A stretch of 64,000 nucleotides of DNA from Chrysomallon squamiferum (GCA_012295275.1 CM022665.1:33604001-33668000), one strand, 5' to 3'. Positions 12,802 through 26,333 are shown, numbered from the stretch's first letter. Notes: generated from the sequence alone by a model not told the origin. Numbers and translations are program-made.

Positions 12802-14312
12802 ATGAAAGTAGTTTTTTTCTTTTTTTCTTGCTGTATGTGTGGTTCTGTTAGACACCAATGTTCAAGGTAAGTAAGTAAAAATATAAAGCTATGTATCCTA
12901 TTTTCTTGCAAACGAAATATGTAGTTACAAAGTCTTTTTCATATAATTGTGACGATGCCGTGAAATACTGCTTTATTTTCTGCGATGAAGAATTTGTATT
13001 TTATGGACTACGGCAGGGCCGGTATGTTTTTACGAATTTGTGAAAATGTTTAATTTTGTTTCTAGATAATTAAATGTAAATACTTACATCATCATCATTT
13101 GAACGCTTTTTAAATAATAATAATAATAATAATACTTGTTCTAAGTGATGCGCTCACGTTGGCAATGTAGATTTAATATTTAATCGTAGGCAAAGTCAAC
13201 ATAACAAATTCTCTTTTTCTAATCGATAAACGTATCCCTTTCCTTTGAAGATTCTGAATTCACAAACATTTCGTAACCAGTCGAAAATTAATTGATGTGT
13301 TCGTATTGTTTTTAAAATGTAGCGGGTTTCATTTTGAGAATATGATAACACGTAGTCAATGATTGGAATTTAATCAGTGTATTCTAACTACATGTATATA
13401 GTTAAAATGAAGTCTCCAGCAGAACTAACATATATTTGACATCAGTGAAAAGTGTACAGAAAATTATTACAGTATTTTAATTTTAGTTAAGCAAAATAAA
13501 CTTTATATTCTTAGCTCAAGGTCGAGGTAAAACTACAGCAATGAGTCGGCGTGGTGGTAGCCGTGGTATTCTCGGACAAGGTGGTCTCCGGAGGAGAGGA
13601 GGTCGTAGAATGGGAGGCCGTCGGAGGGGCAATCGTGGTAGACGTGACTACTGGAATGATTGTTACATGGACGGAGGTCTTAGGTCTGGTGGTTTCGGAC
13701 AGAACGGCTTTTGGTCAGGCGGCTTTGGACAAGGTGGTTTCGAACAAGGCAGCCTCGGACAAGGTGGTTTTCGACAAGGTGCTTTTGGACAAGGTGGCTT
13801 TGGACAAGGTGGTTTTTTGGGAGGACGAGGTGGACGAAGAGGACGAGGTCGAGGACGATTCTGGCTAGGTCGTTATGGACAGCGTTGTTATAATCCATGT
13901 TGGGTTAGTAATTCTGTGTGAAAAAATATTTTTAGTATTTAATTTTTATTTTTCTTCTTCAGGAAAGAACCCCTCCCCCCACTACTACACTGTAAACAAT
14001 GTTCAAAATTTATTTTTGAGTAATAATTAAACATAATTTTTCATGGATTGTTTTTCTGAAAATAAAACAAATATATAAAATAACATTTTTCATAATGTTT
14101 ATTTAACCTGTTAAACAGTTTTCACTGGTTTTCGTAAAAAAAAACCTTGAAATATAAAAATCTTTTGTTTATTTCAGAACAAGAGCTGTGGGCCTCTGAT
14201 GCGTTGCGTACCTCGTGGGCGACGTGGTGTGTGCGTGTGGTTGACAGACAGCTGGTTCAAAGGAAATCAGAACTGGCCCATTATGTACAGTTCTGACCAG
14301 AGTACAGATTAA
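12802..14312 (+). pseudogene. Array gene copy 1: Gly/Arg-rich secreted protein with a +1 frameshift in the signal-peptide exon (real lesion or consensus error)
   Basis: Exons 12802-12866 (65 nt vs 64 nt in copies 2/3; T-run gtttttttctttttttcttgct), 13515-13903 and 14178-14312. The last exon reads WFKG where the other copies read WFQG. Confidence 0.65.
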
Positions 14313-14690
14313 TTTGTTATTTAAACTTCATAATAAATCGTTTCAAAGGAATAGTCGATTGTTTGTTGTTAATGATAACATAATTTAATTTTGAAAACTT
14401 GTTACCTGTTAGTTTGTAAACAATTTCACATAAACAAACACATTTTCACGTAAACACGTACACGCGTATGTTAAGTTTATACCCAGTTAACCAATAATTC
14501 AGCATACACTGCTGTTTTAATAGTTATTTATGAGCTGTATTTACTGCGTTTAAAAAGATATCAAATTCTGACCTTATGACTCCAGGGACATGTCAGCGAA
14601 CGTAACAAAAGAAATTATAGAATCAATCCGATGTATCCGTATAGAAGGCCGACAGAGTGATTTGAAGAATAAAACGTTATTATTATTATT

Positions 14691-14732
<42 letters not shown>

Positions 14733-15499
14733 ATTATTGTTAATGATATAAATAACACCGAAACATTACCGTTCTTACAATTTTGAAACGTTATTTACAA
14801 AAGTCTTGATCAATCAAATAAAAACGTGAGGATGATTACCATGTATATACTGTAGGATAATCAGGTTTTCGCTGAGGTATAGGTTCTGGTGATCATCATA
14901 TTTAAAAACGGAAGCTATTTTATACTTTTTTCATTTCATTTTATAGTCAGTACAAACTAATACAAAGGGTATTTGAGATGGAAAGCTAAACATTACGTGT
15001 TCTGCATAAAATTGTACGAAATAATTTGTTAGGTCATAATCTTTTTCGAGCATCCTTTGTGTGATGAATGTGAAATGCATTTCGACATTTTATTTTCAAT
15101 ATATATTAATTACTTAGATGAATAAATTATGAAAAGTGGAGCTGGTGGTATCTTTGAATGTTGAACATTATTTGTGCTGTTATTCGCAGAGGACATAGTT
15201 TTTTTTTCACTCACAGTGAAAGAGATATTCAAACCAGTTTGATTGTCCGCTGTCACTCCAGTATGACTTGGAGATTGTGTGTAAATATAGAAAAGAAAAC
15301 AAATTAAATCGATATATTTCGTAACATTTGAAGACTGTTAAAAGATTTACTATTTAATTAAAGATAATCATGTTGTGGATACATTACACATATCCTGTCA
15401 CTTGCTGTAGTTTTCACAAAAGGCGGAGCTTTTAGGAAGTGGGGGATACTGTAATAGGACATGCACAAAAAGGGAGCTTTTTTTATGCATAAATATTTA

Positions 15500-16410
15500 C
15501 TATACATGTAATTGTTTCTCTTTTCCTGAATATTTGTGATAAATCAATATCAAATAGTTTACATTACGAAAGTGAAGGGTGTGGTTTCATAAAAGGTCTG
15601 CACAAGAACATTTCGCATTTAAAATTTTGTAATAATGTGTTAAGAGTAAAGAAGGTATAAATAAATGATTTTGTGTACGGTGAAGTGGGTAGATTTCCTG
15701 TAATTATTCACAGACAATGCAGAATTGTTAAATTTTCGTTGGTACCTACAAATAGTAATGAAATGAAATTTATTATTTTAAAAATATGTTGCAACATCAT
15801 AGCTGCTGATAGAATAGTTTTTTTGTATCCCAGTAACAGTAAATGAGTAATTGGGCTGTCCAGGCAAGCAATCAGTTAAATAATACTAGATTTTCAGACG
15901 CTTGGCTGAATCAAAGTGAGAAGGATTTTTTTGCCGTACTCCAACAACAGTTAACAGACAGACGTCTACTGGGATTAAATGACTCTTCGAGAGCATTGCT
16001 ATACAGACATTTATCACAATTGTTTTTTTTTTTATGTAATTTATTTAGACTGCTTTTAGGTGGAAACATACAGAAGAGAATTATCGAGATTGCGCATGTC
16101 AGCACACCGGTTAACCATATAAACTGCAAGGTTGGAGAAAGCCAACCCAATTTTGTTGGACAATCGTAGATGTCATACTTGTAATCGCTGATTAATTTCA
16201 CTTTGTTCATGAATGGATTTTCTATATTATATGACCGTAAGAACGTTATATTTCGAAATATTATGTAATTAATGCCAGTATTTGCTAAAATATAGAGAAT
16301 TGTTAAACAGCAGAAATCAAAATCTAGTATGAAAGTTGGCTGCATGTTTTTATAATGCATTTGAGCAAACAAATTATTTCTTTTAATTAAGCTTCTCCAT
16401 TAGCAATAAA
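15500..16410 (+). mobile_element. Decayed LINE ORF2 3' fragment (second repeat-unit copy)
   Basis: Same motifs as 8740-9650. Includes YRRELSRLRMSAHRLTI*TARLEKANPILLDNRRCHTCN, the RLR-x-S-x-H-x-L-x-I...C-x-x-C signature. Confidence 0.75.
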
Positions 16411-17488
16411 AAGCAATAGAAATTATAATAAGAACATTACTTAATAATATACGGGACAGGTGGGGTAAAATTAGACTATTAATTTATTTTTATGTATTTT
16501 ATATTACCTGTATTGTATTTGTATGAATATATGTATTCAACGGTCTATGTCTTCTTTTTATTATTACTGTGCCGGATTTTCAGTACATACATTCACGAAA
16601 AGCCCTTTAGAATAAGAAGGATAAAACGCAACTAATAGTAATAATTATTATTGTTACAAAAACAATAACAGTAATATTAATGAAGTAATAATGATAATAA
16701 TGTCATCAGCTGTAAACAAAGTTAGTCTTGAATGATTTGAAATATGTTTTATTGTCTTGTCATCGTTAATATCAGTAGTAATGGTGGTATTAGTAGTAGC
16801 ATCTCATCATCTTTTCTTTCTTATGGCTTATTCGCCAGTGCATATTCATGTGTATTAAATATTCCCCAACCATAGTAATAATAACAACAACAACAAGAGC
16901 AATAACAACATCAACAATGGTGATCACAATTCAGTAATTGCTGAAATATGTTACCTGGACTTAAACACTAAAACCTGCATGCTACTGTCTTAGAAACACC
17001 ATTTATCTTTTCACAAATAGAATAAAGTTTGAAACTAAGTCTACGAAATGGTTACCCGATTTTAATTAGGAGCGGAAGATTTATATGCCTCAACACAGTT
17101 CAGTCCCATGCCGTTTTCGTTTCTACTTATCTTTGAATTTAAAACGTATCATCACATTTAACAAAACATAGGAAAATAAGAAGAAAAAATCGTGTACAGA
17201 GATTAACATGATACGGTGACAATTTAATCATGTTTTCTTTGACGTGAGTCGTATATTGTACATAAAAATGACAATGTTTCAGTGTCCAAACCAGGTTCAG
17301 CATGTTAAACGTGTCATTTCTCGTAGAAAAATCTTCATACGACCTCAGTCAGTCTCATCATCTGTCAGAATAACTAACGAATTTACTGATAGTGTCAGTT
17401 CTGTTTTATATAGGTTATTTCATATTTTTATTGTTTTACTATTATCTTCTTTGTCACTATTTATTTATTTAATTTTGTTTTTAAGAAC

Positions 17489-17577
<89 letters not shown>

Positions 17578-17893
17578 AGAAATTAAAAAATTATGCATTA
17601 GGTTCTAGGTTTAAATTGTTAATTAAAAAATAAAATAGTATCATCATCATTATTTTGGTCACTACTATTACTACTACTATTATTATTTTCAAGACCATTA
17701 TAAACGCTTTCGTTACTATCGTTATCCATTTCGGCATCATCAAAACGCATTCAAAATTAACACAGACTTCTGGGCACTAAATTTCTTTAAACGTTCCAAT
17801 GTAAAACCAATTAAAATGACACGAACTATTGTATTTTTTATTTCTTACTTACACGAATATTCCGTCTACTTCTGATATACTGGACACCAGATA

Positions 17894-18048
17894 TGACCTG
17901 TGACCTGTCAGGAGATACAGACAACCGTTTCTGTAAGCTGACACTTTGCAAATTGCATCTAAATTGTCAAGACGTACTATATAAGGTAGACATCAAAACA
18001 TATTTGTCAAAGGAGTCTTTTTGGCTGTGTGTGTATCTGGTGAAACAG
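17894..18048 (+). promoter_or_regulatory. Promoter and non-coding first exon of array gene copy 2 (DR1, TATA, donor)
   Basis: TGACCTgTGACCT at 17894-17906, TATATAAG at 17978-17985, CAG|GTAAGT at 18048/18049, acceptor at 19557. Confidence 0.65.
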
Positions 18049-18058
18049 GTAAGTGAGA

Positions 18059-18100
<42 letters not shown>

Positions 18101-19570
18101 TATACATACATATATATATAGAGAGAGATAGATTGATAGATAGATAGATAGGTAGATAGATATAGATATAGATAGATAAACAGATACATACATACAGACA
18201 GACAGACAGTGAGACAGGCAGACAGTCAGACATTCAGACAGACAATCACATACGTACATACACACGTAAAATACATACATTTTAATACATATACGTTGAT
18301 ACAGAAGCAATAGTTTTTACTTTAATTATAGCATTACGTCATCGAATCATGAAACTTAAGATCGCGCAGAAAATTTGTTGTCGATGATTTATTGTACACG
18401 TCAAAATAATAACGGTACAACTATTAAAAGTCTAGACCTCAGGTCACTGTTTCGTTTAACTAGTATTTCATTGCTGCTCAACGTAAATGCGACTTTTTAG
18501 TTTAATTATATATTAATATACACATATACTTGTTGAAAGGGATATAGCCATTCATACGCAGACGCTCCAACACACATCTACAAGCATGCAAACGTACACA
18601 TATAATCTCCTCTGTGTGTGTGTGTAGGTGTGTGTGCGTGCGTGCGTGCGTGCGCGTGTGTGTGTGATTACACGCAAAAATGGTGCGATGTTGTGGTAAA
18701 CTATATACAATTCTCCAAAGACTAGGTTAGGATTCAACTGCGTGGGTTATTCGCGTATGTGGATAAACACTAACAGAAATGAAATTATGTGTTAAGGTGC
18801 GAACGAAATTTTTCCTACAGTAGTGTGGTTTGAATTGTCAAAAATATGAATATCTATATCAGTGGAAATATATTTAAATACATGTATATCGTCAATTTAT
18901 TTCTAAAATGATTAGATTACAGAATTTTCCACATAGATAAAAATAAGTTAATATTTATTGATTTCCCAGTACAACACAATTTAATATTATTGGATTTTTA
19001 TTTTATTTTATTTTATTTGTTTGTTTCTTTTCAACTTTTTGAAAACGATGTTATTTGGTCTCAGTTTAATACCCTTTTTATGTTTTACTTTCTATGATAA
19101 ATCCGGATTGTATTAAACATATAGTATAGAGCGAGCTCATACATTCAGACAAATTCCTAGTAGGCAAATGATAATTCATCTGACATGGATAAATTTAAAT
19201 GTTTTAGAAGGTAAATAAGTAAATGTCTTTTTCTAATACTTATAATTTAATACACAGACGAGATGTTGCCTCAGCAGCGGCGTCTCTGAGGTCTTGATTG
19301 GACTTTTGTGTCAGTGCGTTCCGAATACTTACTAACAGTTGATCCTAATCAGATATACATTTAACAACAGAATGCTCATTCCAAAACACACACACACACA
19401 TTCATTTTCTTGTCGTTTACAGAGTTCAAGAGTCCTATTAAATGCAATGTAAAGTCTGCTTTTATATGTATTGAACATCTCTGATTTGTACATGCACAGT
19501 TCGTACATACATCTACAATGTGTTTGTTACAAATATGAAAATTCTATCTGTTTGCAGGATTATTACAAAC

Positions 19571-21072
19571 ATGAAAGTAGTTTTTCTTCTTTTTCTTGCT
19601 GTATGTGTGGTTCTGTTAGACACCAATGTTCAAGGTAAGTAAGAAATATAAAGCTATGTATCCTATTTTCTTGCAAACGAAATATGTAGTTACAAAGTCT
19701 TTTTCATATAATTGTGACGATGCCGTGAAATACTGCTTTATTTTCTGCGATGAAGAATTTGTATTTTATGGACTACGGCAGGGCCGGTATGTTTTTACGA
19801 ATTTGTGAAAATGTTTAATTTTGTTTCTAGATAATTAAATGTAAATACTTACATCATCATTTGAACGCTTTAAATAATAATAATAATAATAATACTTGTT
19901 CTAAGTGATGCGCTCACGTTGGCAATGTAGATTTAATATTTAATCGTAGGCAAAGTCAACATAACAAATTCTCTTTTTCTAATCGATAAACGTATCCCTT
20001 TCCTTTGAAGATTCTGAATTCACAAACATTTCGTAACCAGTCGAAAATTAATTGATGTGTTCGTATTGTTTTAAAATGTAGCGGGTTTCATTTTGAGAAT
20101 ATGATAACACGTAGTCAATGATTGGAATTTAATCAGTGTATTCTAACTACATGTATATAGTTAAAATGAAGTCTCCAGCAGAACTAACATATATTTGACA
20201 TCAGTGAAAAGTGTACAGAAAATTATTACAGTATTTTAATTTTAGTTAAGCAAAATAAACTTTATATTCTTAGCTCAAGGTCGAGGTAAAACTACAGCAA
20301 TGAGTCGGCGTGGTGGTAGCCGTGGTATTCTCGGACAAGGTGGTCTCCGGAGGAGAGGAGGTCGTAGAATGGGAGGCCGTCGGAGGGGCAATCGTGGTAG
20401 ACGTGACTACTGGAATGATTGTTACATGGACGGAGGTCTTAGGTCTGGTGGTTTCGGACAGAACGGCTTTTGGTCAGGCGGCTTTGGACAAGGTGGTTTC
20501 GAACAAGGCAGCCTCGGACAAGGTGGTTTTCGACAAGGTGCTTTTGGACAAGGTGGCTTTGGACAAGGTGGTTTTTTGGGAGGACGAGGTGGACGAAGAG
20601 GACGAGGTCGAGGACGATTCTGGCTAGGTCGTTATGGACAGCGTTGTTATAATCCATGTTGGGTTAGTAATTCTGTGTGAAAAAATATTTTTAGTATTTA
20701 ATTTTTATTTTTCTTCTTCAGGAAAGAACCCCTCCCCCCACTACTACACTGTAAACAATGTTCAAAATTTATTTTTGAGTAATAATTAAACATAATTTTT
20801 CATGGATTGTTTTTCTGAAAATAAAACAAATATATAAAATAACATTTTTCATAATGTTTATTTAACCTGTTAAACAGTTTTCACTGGTTTTCGTAAAAAA
20901 AAACCTTGAAATATAAAAATCTTTTTGTTTATTTCAGAACAAGAGCTGTGGGCCTCTGATGCGTTGCGTACCTCGTGGGCGACGTGGTGTGTGCGTGTGG
21001 TTGACAGACAGCTGGTTCCAAGGAAATCAGAACTGGCCCATTATGTACAGTTCTGACCAGAGTACAGATTAA
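19571..21072 (+). CDS. Array gene copy 2: secreted Gly/Arg-rich protein with GGFGQ repeats and C-terminal 4-Cys (follistatin-N/EGF-like) module, 195 aa
   Basis: Exons 19571-19634 (MKVVFLLFLAVCVVLLDTNVQ, G|GTAAGT), 20274-20662 (AQGRGKTTAMSRRGG...QRCYNPCW, donor GTTAGT) and 20938-21072 (NKSCGPLMRCVPRGRRGVCVWLTDSWFQGNQNWPIMYSSDQSTD*). Phases are compatible. AATAAA at 21092-21097. Confidence 0.85.
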
Positions 21073-21450
21073 TTTGTTATTTAAACTTCATAATAAATCG
21101 TTTCAAAGGAATAGTCGATTGTTTGTTGTTAATGATAACATAATTTAATTTTGAAAACTTGTTACCTGTTAGTTTGTAAACAATTTCACATAAACAAACA
21201 CATTTTCACGTAAACACGTACACGCGTATGTTAAGTTTATACCCAGTTAACCAATAATTCAGCATACACTGCTGTTTTAATAGTTATTTATGAGCTGTAT
21301 TTACTGCGTTTAAAAAGATATCAAATTCTGACCTTATGACTCCAGGGACATGTCAGCGAACGTAACAAAAGAAATTATAGAATCAATCCGATGTATCCGT
21401 ATAGAAGGCCGACAGAGTGATTTGAAGAATAAAACGTTATTATTATTATT

Positions 21451-21498
<48 letters not shown>

Positions 21499-22269
21499 AT
21501 TATTGTTAATGATATAAATAACACCGAAACATTACCGTTCTTACAATTTTGAAACGTTATTTACAAAAGTCTTGATCAATCAAATAAAAACGTGAGGATG
21601 ATTACCATGTATATACTGTAGGATAATCAGGTTTTCGCTGAGGTATAGGTTCTGGTGATCATCATATTTAAAAACGGAAGCTATTTTATACTTTTTTCAT
21701 TTCATTTTATAGTCAGTACAAACTAATACAAAGGGTATTTGAGATGGAAAGCTAAACATTACGTGTTCTGCATAAAATTGTACGAAATAATTTGTTAGGT
21801 CATAATCTTTTTCGAGCATCCTTTGTGTGATGAATGTGAAATGCATTTCGACATTTTATTTTCAATATATATTAATTACTTAGATGAATAAATTATGAAA
21901 AGTGGAGCTGGTGGTATCTTTGAATGTTGAACATTATTTGTGCTGTTATTCGCAGAGGACATAGTTTTTTTTTCACTCACAGTGAAAGAGATATTCAAAC
22001 CAGTTTGATTGTCCGCTGTCACTCCAGTATGACTTGGAGATTGTGTGTAAATATAGAAAAGAAAACAAATTAAATCGATATATTTCGTAACATTTGAAGA
22101 CTGTTAAAAGATTTACTATTTAATTAAAGATAATCATGTTGTGGATACATTACACATATCCTGTCACTTGCTGTAGTTTTCACAAAAGGCGGAGCTTTTA
22201 GGAAGTGGGGGATACTGTAATAGGACATGCACAAAAAGGGAGCTTTTTTTTATGCATAAATATTTACTA

Positions 22270-23180
22270 TACATGTAATTGTTTCTCTTTTCCTGAATAT
22301 TTGTGATAAATCAATATCAAATAGTTTACATTACGAAAGTGAAGGGTGTGGTTTCATAAAAGGTCTGCACAAGAACATTTCGCATTTAAAATTTTGTAAT
22401 AATGTGTTAAGAGTAAAGAAGGTATAAATAAATGATTTTGTGTACGGTGAAGTGGGTAGATTTCCTGTAATTATTCACAGACAATGCAGAATTGTTAAAT
22501 TTTCGTTGGTACCTACAAATAGTAATGAAATGAAATTTATTATTTTAAAAATATGTTGCAACATCATAGCTGCTGCTGATAGAATAGTTTTTTGTATCCC
22601 AGTAACAGTAAATGAGTAATTGGGCTGTCCAGGCAAGCAATCAGTTAAATAATACTAGATTTTCAGACGCTTGGCTGAATCAAAGTGAGAAGGATTTTTT
22701 TGCCGTACTCCAACAACAGTTAACAGACAGACGTCTACTGGGATTAAATGACTCTTCGAGAGCATTGCTATACAGACATTTATCACAATTGTTTTTTTTT
22801 TATGTAATTTATTTAGACTGCTTTTAGGTGGAAACATACAGAAGAGAATTATCGAGATTGCGCATGTCAGCACACCGGTTAACCATATAAACTGCAAGGT
22901 TGGAGAAAGCCAACCCAATTTTGTTGGACAATCGTAGATGTCATACTTGTAATCGCTGATTAATTTCACTTTGTTCATGAATGGATTTTCTATATTATAT
23001 GACCGTAAGAACGTTATATTTCGAAATATTATGTAATTAATGCCAGTATTTGCTAAAATATAGAGAATTGTTAAACAGCAGAAATCAAAATCTAGTATGA
23101 AAGTTGGCTGCATGTTTTTATAATGCATTTGAGCAAACAAATTATTTCTTTTAATTAAGCTTCTCCATTAGCAATAAAAA
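22270..23180 (+). mobile_element. Decayed LINE ORF2 3' fragment (third repeat-unit copy)
   Basis: Same sequence and motifs as in the other two units. Confidence 0.75.
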
Positions 23181-24259
23181 GCAATAGAAATTATAATAAG
23201 AACATTACTTAATAATATACGGGACAGGTGGGGTAAAATTAGACTATTAATTTATTTTTATGTATTTTATATTACCTGTATTGTATTTGTATGAATATAT
23301 GTATTCAACGGTCTATGTCTTCTTTTTATTATTACTGTGCCGGATTTTCAGTACATACATTCACGAAAAGCCCTTTAGAATAAGAAGGATAAAACGCAAC
23401 TAATAGTAATAATTATTATTGTTACAAAAACAATAACAGTAATATTAATGAAGTAATAATGATAATAATGTCATCAGCTGTAAACAAAGTTAGTCTTGAA
23501 TGATTTGAAATATGTTTTATTGTCTTGTCATCGTTAATATCAGTAGTAATGGTGGTATTAGTAGTAGCATCTCATCATCTTTTCTTTCTTATGGCTTATT
23601 CGCCAGTGCATATTCATGTGTATTAAATATTCCCCAACCATAGTAATAATAACAACAACAACAAGAGCAATAACAACATCAACAATGGTGATCACAATTC
23701 AGTAATTGCTGAAATATGTTACCTGGACTTAAACACTAAAACCTGCATGCTACTGTCTTAGAAACACCATTTATCTTTTCACAAATAGAATAAAGTTTGA
23801 AACTAAGTCTACGAAATGGTTACCCGATTTTAATTAGGAGCGGAAGATTTATATGCCTCAACACAGTTCAGTCCCATGCCGTTTTCGTTTCTACTTATCT
23901 TTGAATTTAAAACGTATCATCACATTTAACAAAACATAGGAAAATAAGAAGAAAAAATCGTGTACAGAGATTAACATGATACGGTGACAATTTAATCATG
24001 TTTTCTTTGACGTGAGTCGTATATTGTACATAAAAATGACAATGTTTCAGTGTCCAAACCAGGTTCAGCATGTTAAACGTGTCATTTCTCGTAGAAAAAT
24101 CTTCATACGACCTCAGTCAGTCTCATCATCTGTCAGAATAACTAACGAATTTACTGATAGTGTCAGTTCTGTTTTATATAGGTTATTTCATATTTTTATT
24201 GTTTTACTATTATCTTCTTTGTCACTATTTATTTATTTAATTTTGTTTTTAAGAACAAC

Positions 24260-24342
<83 letters not shown>

Positions 24343-24657
24343 AGAAATTAAAAATTATGCATTAGGTTCTAGGTTTAAATTGTTAATTAAAAAATAAAAT
24401 AGTATCATCATCATTATTTTGGTCACTACTATTACTACTACTATTATTATTTTCAAGACCATTATAAACGCTTTCGTTACTATCGTTATCCATTTCGGCA
24501 TCATCAAAACGCATTCAAAATTAACACAGACTTCTGGGCACTAAATTTCTTTAAACGTTCCAATGTAAAACCAATTAAAATGACACGAACTATTGTATTT
24601 TTTATTTCTTACTTACACGAATATTCCGTCTACTTCTGATATACTGGACACCAGATA

Positions 24658-24812
24658 TGACCTGTGACCTGTCAGGAGATACAGACAACCGTTTCTGTAA
24701 GCTGACACTTTGCAAATTGCATCTAAATTGTCAAGACGTACTATATAAGGTAGACATCAAAACATATTTGTCAAAGGAGTCTTTTTGGCTGTGTGTGTAT
24801 CTGGTGAAACAG
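24658..24812 (+). promoter_or_regulatory. Promoter and non-coding first exon of array gene copy 3 (DR1, TATA, donor)
   Basis: TGACCTgTGACCT at 24658-24670, TATATAAG at 24742-24749, CAG|GTAAGT at 24812/24813, acceptor at 26320. Confidence 0.65.
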
Positions 24813-24822
24813 GTAAGTGAGA

Positions 24823-24868
<46 letters not shown>

Positions 24869-25381
24869 TATACATACATATATATATAGAGAGAGATAGA
24901 TTGATAGATAGATAGATAGGTAGATAGATATAGATATAGATAGATAAAACAGATACATACATACAGACAGACAGACAGTGAGACAGGCAGACAGTCAGAC
25001 ATTCAGACAGACAATCACATACGTACATACACACGTAAAATACATACATTTTAATACATATACGTTGATACAGAAGCAATAGTTTTTACTTTAATTATAG
25101 CATTACGTCATCGAATCATGAAACTTAAGATCGCGCAGAAAATTTGTTGTCGATGATTTATTGTACACGTCAAAATAATAACGGTACAACTATTAAAAGT
25201 CTAGACCTCAGGTCACTGTTTCGTTTAACTAGTATTTCATTGCTGCTCAACGTAAATGCGACTTTTTAGTTTAATTATATATTAATATACACATATACTT
25301 GTTGAAAGGGATATAGCCATTCATACGCAGACGCTCCAACACACATCTACAAGCATGCAAACGTACACATATAATCTCCTC

Positions 25382-25412
<31 letters not shown>

Positions 25413-26333
25413 GTGTGTGTGTGATTACACGCAAAAATGGTGCGATGTTGTGGTAAACTATATACAATTCTCCAAAGACTAGGTTAGGATTCAACTGCGT
25501 GGGTTATTCGCGTATGTGGATAAACACTAACAGAAATGAAATTATGTGTTAAGGTGCGAACGAAATTTTTCCTACAGTAGTGTGGTTTGAATTGTCAAAA
25601 ATATGAATATCTATATCAGTGGAAATATATTTAAATACATGTATATCGTCAATTTATTTCTAAAATGATTAGATTACAGAATTTTCCACATAGATAAAAA
25701 TAAGTTAATATTTATTGATTTCCCAGTACAACACAATTTAATATTATTGGATTTTTATTTTATTTTATTTTATTTGTTTGTTTCTTTTCAACTTTTTGAA
25801 AACGATGTTATTTGGTCTCAGTTTAATACCCTTTTTATGTTTTACTTTCTATGATAAATCCGGATTGTATTAAACATATAGTATAGAGCGAGCTCATACA
25901 TTCAGACAAATTCCTAGTAGGCAAATGATAATTCATCTGACATGGATAAATTTAAATGTTTTAGAAGGTAAATAAGTAAATGTCTTTTTCTAATACTTAT
26001 AATTTAATACACAGACGAGATGTTGCCTCAGCAGCGGCGTCTCTGAGGTCTTGATTGGACTTTTGTGTCAGTGCGTTCCGAATACTTACTAACAGTTGAT
26101 CCTAATCAGATATACATTTAACAACAGAATGCTCATTCCAAAACACACACACACACACACACATTCATTTTCTTGTCGTTTACAGAGTTCAAGAGTCCTA
26201 TTAAATGCAATGTAAAGTCTGCTTTTATATGTATTGAACATCTCTGATTTGTACATGCACAGTTCGTACATACATCTACAATGTGTTTGTTACAAATATG
26301 AAAATTCTATCTGTTTGCAGGATTATTACAAAC

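Noticed and set aside
13673-13822. 15-nt periodic repeats as a possible CRISPR-like array
   Set aside because: No unique spacers; these are in-frame coding pentapeptide repeats in a eukaryotic exon.
13551-13898. Overlapping ORFs in other frames of the Gly/Arg exon (DKVV repeats, TRW repeats, antisense HLV repeats), also in the other copies
   Set aside because: By-products of a stop-free 15-nt repeat. Only the Gly/Arg frame is in phase with the signal-peptide exon.
15911-16372. Minus-strand hydrophobic ORFs (9327-9608, 15911-16372, 22655-23140)
   Set aside because: Antisense shadow of the decayed LINE fragment; their ends vary with copy-specific differences.
19571-21072. Identity with sea-urchin Sp185/333 (Transformer), crustins or shematrins
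   Set aside because: Compositional resemblance only: no His-rich region or RGD, no 8-Cys WAP domain, not Tyr-rich. Kept as analogy, not annotation.
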